Assembly (NCBI GenBank): GCA_038253125.1
Contig: JBBSHM010000004.1
Coordinates: forward strand, 2,043 to 66,042
Source: Acidimicrobiales bacterium
GTDB taxonomy: Bacteria; Actinomycetota; Acidimicrobiia; Acidimicrobiales; JAUJNH01
DNA: 64,000 bases
Direction: 5' to 3'
Within the stretch, counting starts at the first letter, position 1; each line of letters opens with the position of its first letter. Shown here in pieces: positions 42,033 to 48,978 of the stretch. The notes below the pieces were generated by a model, which worked only from the letters and a program-made list of their open reading frames with translations, ran no database searches and was not told the origin of the DNA. Made by a program: the position numbers and the translations under genes.

Positions 42033-42227
42033 ATGCCCAAGATGAAGACGGACTCCGGCGCCAAGAAGCGCATCAAGATCACGGGCACCGGTCGGCTCCG
42101 CCGCCGCAGCGCCTTCACCAACCACCTGCTCGAGAAGAAGTCCTCGAAGCGCATGCGCCGCCTCCACCGTGAGAGCGACATCGCCAAGGGTGACCTGCGC
42201 ACGGTCAAGCGCCTCCTCGGCCGCTGA
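42033..42227 (+). CDS. rpmI: 50S ribosomal protein L35
   Basis: MPKMKTDSGAKKRIKITGTG is the L35 signature. Confidence 0.96.
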   Translation: MPKMKTDSGAKKRIKITGTGRLRRRSAFTNHLLEKKSSKRMRRLHRESDIAKGDLRTVKRLLGR

Positions 42228-42269
42228 CCTCGAAACTCCCCTCCGTCCCCCTTAGAAAGGAGCTCTCCC

Positions 42270-42620
42270 ATGGCTCGGGTGAAGCGCGGCATCAACGCCA
42301 AGAAGCACCACAAGGCCGTCCTCGAGCAGGCGAAGGGCTATTACGGCAATCGCAGCCGTTCCTTCAAGTCCGCCAACGAGGCGGTCCTGCACGCCGGCAA
42401 CTACGCCTTCCGTGACCGCCGGGCCCGCAAGGGCGACTTCAGCTCTCTGTGGATCCAGCGGATCAACGCCGGCGCCCGCACCCACGGCATCTCCTACAGC
42501 CGGCTGATCGCCGGTCTGAAGGGGGCCGGCGTCGAGGTCGACCGCAAGGTGCTGGCCGACCTGGCCGTCACCGACGACGCCGCCTTTGGCCGCCTGTGCG
42601 ACCTGGCGAAGGGCGCCTGA
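42270..42620 (+). CDS. rplT: 50S ribosomal protein L20
   Basis: [15 protein letters not shown]...[22 protein letters not shown] is the L20 signature. Confidence 0.96.
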   Translation: MARVKRGINAKKHHKAVLEQAKGYYGNRSRSFKSANEAVLHAGNYAFRDRRARKGDFSSLWIQRINAGARTHGISYSRLIAGLKGAGVEVDRKVLADLAVTDDAAFGRLCDLAKGA

Positions 42621-42630
42621 GCCCCTAGCG

Positions 42631-43455
42631 GTGGCGGACCTCGCCTACACCCACCCGAAGGTCCAGCGGCTGAGGCAGCTGGTCGGGCAGCGCCGCGCCC
42701 GGCAGGAGGACCGCACCTTTGTGGCCGAGGGCGCCAAGGTGGTGGGCGAGGCGTTGGGGAGTGGTAGCGGTCTCGAGTCGCTCTTCGTCGACCGCCCGGC
42801 TTTGAGGCCGGCCGAGGAGGCCGTGCTCGAACGGGCGCTGGCCGCCGGCTGCCCGGTGTTCGAGCTGGCCCCCGGCGTCCTGGGACGGGTGGCCGGCACG
42901 GTCAGCCCCCAGCCCGTGCTGGCCGTGGTCCCATTCCTCGACCGTTCCCTTGGCCAGCTGGCCCGGGACGGGGTGATCGTCGTGTGCGCCAACTTGGGTG
43001 AGCCGGGCAACTTGGGGACCGTCCTGCGATCGGCCGAGGCTTCGGGGGCCAGGGGGGTAATCTGCCCTGACGGGACGGTCGACCCCTACAACCCGAAGTG
43101 TGTCCGGGCCTCGGCTGGAGCGCTCTTCCACGTCCCCCTCGTCATCGGAGGCAACACGGTGCAGGTGCTGGACCGGCTGGGGGACTGGGGCCTGCGGCGG
43201 CTCGGCACCTCGTCCGCCGCTGGCGACGCGCTCTGGGACACCGATCTCACGGGCCCGGTGGCCCTCGTTCTCGGCAACGAAGCCAATGGCCTGCCGGCCG
43301 ACGTCGAGGCCGGCCTCGACGGTCGCGTGACCATCCCCATGTGGGGTCGGGCCGAGAGCCTGAACGTGGCGATGGCCGCCACCCTGTTCCTCTACGAAGC
43401 CGCCCGCCAGCGCCGAGCCGCCGATCTGGTCGCCTCGGAACGGGCCACACCGTGA
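42631..43455 (+). CDS. TrmH/SpoU-family RNA methyltransferase (TsnR-like, downstream of rplT)
   Basis: FVAEGAKVV, PGNLGTVLRSAEASG, LVLGNEANGL and ESLNVAMAATLFLYE motifs. GTG 42631 is just after the rplT stop. Confidence 0.85.
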   Translation: MADLAYTHPKVQRLRQLVGQRRARQEDRTFVAEGAKVVGEALGSGSGLESLFVDRPALRPAEEAVLERALAAGCPVFELAPGVLGRVAGTVSPQPVLAVVPFLDRSLGQLARDGVIVVCANLGEPGNLGTVLRSAEASGARGVICPDGTVDPYNPKCVRASAGALFHVPLVIGGNTVQVLDRLGDWGLRRLGTSSAAGDALWDTDLTGPVALVLGNEANGLPADVEAGLDGRVTIPMWGRAESLNVAMAATLFLYEAARQRRAADLVASERATP

Positions 43456-43513
43456 CCCGAGTGGGAGAGCTGATCAGGCGGGAAGCGAGCTTCGCTGCAC
43501 GGCGGGTAAATCA

Positions 43514-44560
43514 GTGAACCGGTTTGACGAGCTGCCCGACGCCGTGCTCCAGCTCGACGCTGGTGCGGTGATCGTCGAAGCCAACGCCGTGGCCCACCGT
43601 CTTCTGGGCGGTGACCCGCTAGGGCGTGCCATCAACGACGTCTGCGCCCCCCGCACCCCCGACGGCCACCCCCTCTGCCCACGAGGGCTGCCCGCCGCGT
43701 CACGCCTGCGCAGCGTCACCCGCATCGTCGATCAGCCCGTGGTGCTGCACACGCCGGCCGGTGAGGTGGCCGTCCAGGCCGCCGGCTCCTACCTGCGCGA
43801 CGACGACGGCCTCCTGCGGGGTGCGGTGCTGTCGCTGCGGTCGCCGGGCCGCCGGTCCCACCCGGCCGCCAACCCGATCGAGATCGTGAGCACCGTCAGC
43901 CACGAGCTGCGCAGCCCCCTGACGTCGGTGAAGGGCTACACGTCGTTGCTGCTCAACCGATGGGACCGGCTCAAGGACGAGCAGAAGAAGATGATGCTGG
44001 AGCAGGTCAACCACGACGCTGACCGCGTCACCCGGCTGATCACCGAGCTGCTCGACATCTCCCGCCTGGAGCTCGGCCGCCTGGTGCTGCGCCGACAGCT
44101 GGTCGATGTCCGCGACGTCGCCGCCCTGGTGGTTGAGAAGGTGGCCATGGACCAGCCGGCCCTGGATGCCACGATCGTGGTGGCCGACGACGTCACCAAG
44201 GTCTACGCCGACCCCGACAAGGTCGAGCAGGTGCTCACCAACCTGGTCGAGAACGCCTGCAAGTACGGATCGCCCACCGGCCTGTGCATAGCGGTGGAGC
44301 TGGGTGACGGCTGCCTCGTCGTCTCGGTGGCCGACCAGGGCGAGGGCATCTCGGCCGCCGACCTGCCGCAGGTGTTCCGCAAGTTCTTCCGCCGCGACCT
44401 CTCCAAGCCGACGGGCACCGGCCTCGGCCTGTGGATCAGCCGCGGCCTGGTCGAAGCCCACGGCGGCCGCCTCACAGCCACCTCGACCGAGGGCGTCGGC
44501 ACCACCTTCACCTTCACCCTCCCACTGGTCGACCTCGACGAGCTCCTGTCCCGTGGCTGA
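43514..44560 (+). CDS. soluble sensor histidine kinase (PAS-like N-terminus, HisKA, HATPase_c)
   Basis: H-box SHELRSPLTSVKGY, N-box NLVENACKYG, G-boxes DQGEGI and GTGLGLWI. There are no TM segments and no adjacent response regulator. Confidence 0.88.
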   Translation: MNRFDELPDAVLQLDAGAVIVEANAVAHRLLGGDPLGRAINDVCAPRTPDGHPLCPRGLPAASRLRSVTRIVDQPVVLHTPAGEVAVQAAGSYLRDDDGLLRGAVLSLRSPGRRSHPAANPIEIVSTVSHELRSPLTSVKGYTSLLLNRWDRLKDEQKKMMLEQVNHDADRVTRLITELLDISRLELGRLVLRRQLVDVRDVAALVVEKVAMDQPALDATIVVADDVTKVYADPDKVEQVLTNLVENACKYGSPTGLCIAVELGDGCLVVSVADQGEGISAADLPQVFRKFFRRDLSKPTGTGLGLWISRGLVEAHGGRLTATSTEGVGTTFTFTLPLVDLDELLSRG

Positions 44561-45653
44561 GCCCGCCGGCTCCGGAGGCAGAGGAGAGCCCGCCGGCTCC
44601 GGAGGCAGAGGAGAGCCCGCCGTCCCTGGTCTCGACGCCCTTGTCGCCGATGCGACCGAGGCCGTTGCCGCGGCGGCGACCCTTGAGGGCCTCCGCGCCG
44701 TCGAGGCTGACCTGATCGGCAAGAAGGGGCGGATACCGGGCCTCAACCGCACGCTCGGCCAGATGGCCGCCGAGGAGCGCAGGGTGGCCGGCGCCGCCAT
44801 CAACGAGGCCCGTCGGGCGGTGGAGGCGCTGGTGGAACGGCGGCGAGGCGACCTGGCGGCCGACGAGCGGCGGGCCCGGCTGGCCGCCGACCGCCTCGAC
44901 CTCACCGAGGCGGCGCCCGACCCGTGGGCCCGTGGTCACCTCACGGTCGTCACCCAGACCCGCGACCGGCTCGAGGACGTGTTCGTCGGCATGGGCTTCG
45001 AGGTGGCCGAGGGGCCGCTGGTCGAGACCGACTGGCACAACTTCGAGGCCTTGAACATCCCCGTCGGCCACCCGGCCCGCAGCGGGTTCGACACCCTGTA
45101 CTTCGACGTCGGCGAGCCCGAGAGCATCCTGCTGCGCCCCCACACCTCCCCCGTGCAGGTGCGGCTCATGACGGCGAAGCTGCCGCCCATCTACGCGGTG
45201 ATGCCCGGAACGGTGTACCGCAAGGACACCCCGGACGCCCGCCATCTCCCCACCTTCAACCAGATCGAGGGCCTCGTCGTCGACCGGGGGATCACCTTCG
45301 GCGACCTAGCCGGCACCATCGAGGCGTTCACCCGCGCCTTCTTCGGCCCCGACATCACCTCACGCCTGCGGCCGGCCAGCTTCCCCTTCACCGAGCCGTC
45401 GGCTGAGTACGAGATCACCTGCCCCATCTGCCGGGGCGCCGGCTGCCGCACCTGCAGCCAGACTGGCTGGATCGAGCTGGGCGGCTGCGGCATGGTCCAC
45501 CCCAACGTGTTCCGGGCCGTCGGCATCGACCCCGAGGAGTACAGCGGCTTCGCCTTCGGCTTCGGCATCGACCGCCTGGCCCAGGTCTTCCACGCTATCC
45601 CCGACATGCGGGTGTTGCTCGACAACGACCTGAGGTTCGCGACGCAGTTCTGA
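44553..45653 (+). CDS. pheS: phenylalanine--tRNA ligase alpha subunit
   Basis: LEGLRAVEADLIGKKG, HPARS, RPHTSPVQ and the FPFTEPS class II motifs. The only in-frame start upstream of the conserved N-terminus is GTG 44553, which would translate the 27-bp repeat. The start is therefore uncertain. Confidence 0.88.
   Translation: MAEPAGSGGRGEPAGSGGRGEPAVPGLDALVADATEAVAAAATLEGLRAVEADLIGKKGRIPGLNRTLGQMAAEERRVAGAAINEARRAVEALVERRRGDLAADERRARLAADRLDLTEAAPDPWARGHLTVVTQTRDRLEDVFVGMGFEVAEGPLVETDWHNFEALNIPVGHPARSGFDTLYFDVGEPESILLRPHTSPVQVRLMTAKLPPIYAVMPGTVYRKDTPDARHLPTFNQIEGLVVDRGITFGDLAGTIEAFTRAFFGPDITSRLRPASFPFTEPSAEYEITCPICRGAGCRTCSQTGWIELGGCGMVHPNVFRAVGIDPEEYSGFAFGFGIDRLAQVFHAIPDMRVLLDNDLRFATQF
44559..44623. 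repeat. 27-bp tandem repeat, locus C (2 full units plus a partial)
   Basis: GAGCCCGCCGGCTCCGGAGGCAGAGGA x2, then GAGCCCGCCGT. It begins inside the kinase TGA stop (44558-60). Confidence 0.9.
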
Positions 45654-45671
45654 TCTGCCCCGAACCTCGCC

Positions 45672-47636
45672 TCAACCGTCCTTGCGGCGCCGCGCCCAGA
45701 CCACATCCCGTAGCTCCCGCGGCAGCGAACTCGCCGTACGGCCCAATAGCGAGTAGTACTCGACCTGGCGCCTCGCTATGAAGGTGTCCGCGTGGTCGGG
45801 TCCGAGGCTGCGTTCGCTGTCGGTGAGGAGTTTGCGGTAGAGGTCGAGGGCGGTGTGGAAGTCCCCGGTTGCGCCGGTGTAGTAGGCGACTTGGTGTCGT
45901 GTGTCGAGGGTGTCTGGGTGGTCGGGTCTGAGGCTGCGTTCGCTGTCGGTGAGGAGTTTGCGGTAGAGGTCGAGCGCGGTGTGGGGGTCCCCGGTTGCGC
46001 CGGTGTAGTAGGCGACTTCGTATCGTGTGTTGAGGGTGTCGGGGTGGTCGGGTCCGAGGGTGCGTTCGCGGTCGGGGACGAGTTTGCGGTAAAGGTTGAG
46101 GGCAGTAAGGGGGTGTCCGGTTTGACCGGTGTTGAAGGCAACACCGTGTCTGATTTCGAGGGTGTGGGAGTGGTCGGGTCCAAGGATGCGTTCGCAGTCG
46201 GCGAGAAGTCGGCGGTAGTCACCGAGAGCCCTTCGTCTGTCCCCAGCACGCCCGGTGGCGAGTGCGAGGTTCGCTCGGGTCAGGAGCGTGTCGGGGTGGT
46301 CGTCGCCAAGCTCGGCAAGCTGGGATGACACGAGAGCCTGGAGCATCGGGAGGCGGGCCTCGATGTCACGGGACGCCATCCGTTCCCAGACGCCGGCGTC
46401 GTCGATGTGTTGTTCCAGGCGGGAGGCGACCAGCACGTTCATACGGTCGGGAGCGAGGCCGGGTGGGCGTTGCACCAGGCCGGGAAGGACCGAGCGTTCC
46501 AGGCCGGCGGGCGTGAAGAGGTGGACGAGGATGTCGACCAGGGCGCGGACCCGGCCGCTGCCGTCGGGGGTGCGCATCAGCAGGTAGAGGTTGTACAAGC
46601 GCTCGGACAGCTCGTAGCGCTGGCGGCCCTCGTCGTGCTCGACGGCTTGGACGGCGCCGCGGCGGACGAGGCGGCCGAGGTGGACGCTGACCTGGCTGCT
46701 GGTCATCCTCGTGCGCTCGGCCACCTCGGCGGCGGTAGCAGGGGCCCAAATGTCGGCCAGCGTCACGTACACCTTGCGTTCGACGACGGGGAGCGCCTCG
46801 ATGTTGGCCTTGAAGTAGGCGGTGTACTCGTCGATCAGCAGTTCGAGGTCGTGGCGCAGGTCGCGCAGGTCGGGGCTGGTCGAGAAGCGGGCCATCACCG
46901 TGAGCAGCCGGGGGTTGCCGCCGGTCAGGATGCGGACGGGGACGATCCGGTCGCCGGCCAGATCCGCGCCAGTCAGCTTCTGCCAAAGAAGGCGGGCCGA
47001 GGCGTCGTCCAGCGGGTGCAGGTCGATGCGGTGGAAGAAGCCGTAGAACGCCTCGCCGGCCTCCTCCACCGCGGCGAAGGTCGTCACGGCCGTGGCCACC
47101 AGCAGGAGGTTGTTCTCGGTCTGGAGGGCCTGGCGCAGCGACCAGCCCTCGGTGGCCCCCATCTGGTCGTCCAGGAGCATGTCGAGGTTCTCGGCCAGCA
47201 ACAGCAGGCGCTGGCCCCGGGATCTCGCCGCCGCCAGCAGCCGCTGGAGGGCCAGCGTCTCCAGCCGGGCCGGGTCACGCTCGGCCTGGAGGGCTTGGTG
47301 CTGAGCGGTCAGGTCGGCATCGCCCAGGCTGACGGCCAGCTGGTGGAGGGCGGACATCCACAGGTCGCCGACCGAGGTGGCCTGGTACAGCTCCTCGCGC
47401 AGCACCAGGGGCAGCCAGCGTTTTGCCAGATCGTCGTTTTCGGCGACGCTGATGGCCAGCCGGCGGAGCAGCAGCGACTTGCCCATCCCTCGCTGGCCGA
47501 TCACCAGGGCGTGGCGGGGCGGGTCATCCTCGGTCAGGTGCGCCACCAGCTCGTCCAGCTCGTGGTGGCGGACCACGAAGCGGCTGGTCACCTCGTCGTC
47601 GCCGAGGTGGGTGATGTTGTGGACGGCCAGTGTCAT
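45672..47636 (-). CDS. STAND-like P-loop ATPase with winged-helix segment and C-terminal TPR (TPR_10/12-type) array
   Basis: Walker A GQRGMGKS, Walker B LLLLAENLD, and a wHTH-like segment AEVAERTRMTSSQVSVHLGRLVRRGAVQ. At least 5 repeats of LGPDHPDTL..R...A...G..G....AL.LYRKLL.D.ER. The ATG overlaps the upstream stop (ATGA). Confidence 0.8.
   Translation of the reverse strand: MTLAVHNITHLGDDEVTSRFVVRHHELDELVAHLTEDDPPRHALVIGQRGMGKSLLLRRLAISVAENDDLAKRWLPLVLREELYQATSVGDLWMSALHQLAVSLGDADLTAQHQALQAERDPARLETLALQRLLAAARSRGQRLLLLAENLDMLLDDQMGATEGWSLRQALQTENNLLLVATAVTTFAAVEEAGEAFYGFFHRIDLHPLDDASARLLWQKLTGADLAGDRIVPVRILTGGNPRLLTVMARFSTSPDLRDLRHDLELLIDEYTAYFKANIEALPVVERKVYVTLADIWAPATAAEVAERTRMTSSQVSVHLGRLVRRGAVQAVEHDEGRQRYELSERLYNLYLLMRTPDGSGRVRALVDILVHLFTPAGLERSVLPGLVQRPPGLAPDRMNVLVASRLEQHIDDAGVWERMASRDIEARLPMLQALVSSQLAELGDDHPDTLLTRANLALATGRAGDRRRALGDYRRLLADCERILGPDHSHTLEIRHGVAFNTGQTGHPLTALNLYRKLVPDRERTLGPDHPDTLNTRYEVAYYTGATGDPHTALDLYRKLLTDSERSLRPDHPDTLDTRHQVAYYTGATGDFHTALDLYRKLLTDSERSLGPDHADTFIARRQVEYYSLLGRTASSLPRELRDVVWARRRKDG
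45792..46295. repeat. 126-bp tandem repeats (4 units) encoding 42-aa TPR modules
   Basis: Units start at 45792, 45918, 46044 and 46170. Units 1 and 2 differ at about 8 of 126 positions by hand count. Units 3 and 4 are progressively more diverged. Confidence 0.9.
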
Positions 47637-48865
47637 GGACGGTCTCGGCGGTCCGCCACCGCGACGAAGCCCAGCTCATTGCCCTGGCGCCACCAGTCCC
47701 GCACCAGCCGGGACCGGAACTGCCAGCCCGCCGCGCTCCGCGTGAGGTACGCGTCGTGCTCGAGGATCTCCAGCACCTCCCGCAGAGCGCCGGCCCGCTG
47801 CGAGGCGTTCTCGACCAGCTGGTCGGCCAGCCAGACGGCGTCGGCCGGCTCCAACACCCCGACGACGGCGGCCTGGGTGAGCAGGTCACGGGCCAGGCGG
47901 AGGTCGTCGCCCTCGCCGAGCACCGTGCGGAGGCGGGTTTCCAGGTGGAGGAGATGAGCCTTCACTGCGCTGGTCAGGAAGGGGCCTCGGTAGACCCGGG
48001 CGATGTCGTCACCGGAGACCCGCCGGTCACCGCGGCGAGTGACGTCCCGCCGCACCTCGTCCATCAGGAGCTGCACGTGGTAGGGCACCCCCAGTCCGAG
48101 GAGGCTGTGGACCGAGGCCACCGTGGCCGGCGAGAGCTGCAGGCCGGTGGCTCGGGCCAAGGCGGCCACGGCCCCGTTGGTGGTCTCCTCGTCCCAGGCG
48201 TCGATCGGGTAGGCCCGAAGGTGGGTGATCATCCCGGTCAGCCCAGCCCGGTGGAGGATCGGCTCCAATCCGACTGAGCCGCTGAGGAGCCAGGTCACGG
48301 CCGGCACGCCATCGGCTGCGGCCCGGAGCACGCCGAGGAACAGCTCGGCTTCCGCCGGGTCCCGCTTCAGGATCCGGTCGACCAGCAGCGGCAGCTCGTC
48401 GATGGCGAGCACCGTCCGGTGGCCGGCCGCAGCCAGAGCCCCGATGATGGCCCGGGCGTCGTCGCGCCAGCTTCCCGCCATGGCGGCTTGCAGCTCGACC
48501 TTGACGACCCCGACATCGACCTTCTCGATCCGGTCGAGACCGGCACCCAGGCGCTTGCCGAACCAGGCCCGGATCCGGCTCCAGAAGGCGGCGTCGGCGC
48601 AGTTCGCCGCGGCGATCGTGGCGAACATCTCGGTGGGGTTGGCGTGCTGCTCGACGTCGACGAAGAGCGTGCCCGTGCTCGGCCCCATGGCGTCCAGCAC
48701 GCGGTGGACGATACTGGTCTTGCCGACCCGTCGAGGTCCGGTGAGCAGGACGCCCTGACCGCCGGCCAGGTAGTCGGCGATCTCGGCAACCTCCCGCTCG
48801 CGATCCCAGAACCGCGCCCCGCCGGCGTAGTTGCCCAGGGCGGGTTCGAGCCGCGGGCCGTCCAT
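47633..48865 (-). CDS. AAA/Arch-ATPase-like P-loop ATPase (about 410 aa), function unknown
   Basis: FWDREREVAEIADYL..GVLLTGPRRVGKTS (Walker A), VLAIDELP (Walker B), and a helical C-terminal half. ATG 48865 is preferred over the track start at 48973. Confidence 0.75.
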   Translation of the reverse strand: MDGPRLEPALGNYAGGARFWDREREVAEIADYLAGGQGVLLTGPRRVGKTSIVHRVLDAMGPSTGTLFVDVEQHANPTEMFATIAAANCADAAFWSRIRAWFGKRLGAGLDRIEKVDVGVVKVELQAAMAGSWRDDARAIIGALAAAGHRTVLAIDELPLLVDRILKRDPAEAELFLGVLRAAADGVPAVTWLLSGSVGLEPILHRAGLTGMITHLRAYPIDAWDEETTNGAVAALARATGLQLSPATVASVHSLLGLGVPYHVQLLMDEVRRDVTRRGDRRVSGDDIARVYRGPFLTSAVKAHLLHLETRLRTVLGEGDDLRLARDLLTQAAVVGVLEPADAVWLADQLVENASQRAGALREVLEILEHDAYLTRSAAGWQFRSRLVRDWWRQGNELGFVAVADRRDRP

Positions 48866-48881
48866 CTCCCCAGCGTAGCCG

Positions 48882-48910
48882 CAACAGAACTGTTGGCAAC
48901 AGTGTTGTTG
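48882..48910. promoter_or_regulatory. tandem 14-bp palindromes (operator-like) in the divergent ATPase/pheT intergenic region
   Basis: CAACAGAACTGTTG (perfect 6-2-6) is followed after 1 nt by CAACAGTGTTGTTG (one mismatch). The local DNA is AT-richer. Confidence 0.45.
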
Positions 48911-48943
48911 TGATTGGGAACAGGGTTCGGGTCGGGCCTTGGA

Positions 48944-48957
48944 GGCATGTTCATGCC
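48944..48957. promoter_or_regulatory. perfect 6-2-6 palindrome GGCATGTTCATGCC upstream of pheT
   Basis: Perfect inverted repeat nested between GGAGGC (48941-46) and GCCTCC (48966-71), about 22 nt before the pheT ATG. Confidence 0.4.
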
Positions 48958-48978
48958 CGCCGCTAGCCTCCACACGCC

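Noticed and set aside
45792-46295. 126-bp tandem repeats as a non-coding satellite or mobile-element terminus
   Set aside because: They are in frame within a long ORF and encode canonical 42-aa TPR modules.
45654-48978. Mobile-element hallmarks around the ATPase pair (integrase, transposase, tRNA, direct or inverted terminal repeats)
   Set aside because: I looked at both borders (45654-45671 and 48866-48978) and found none. The only inverted repeats are the short internal palindromes. I therefore do not call it a mobile element.
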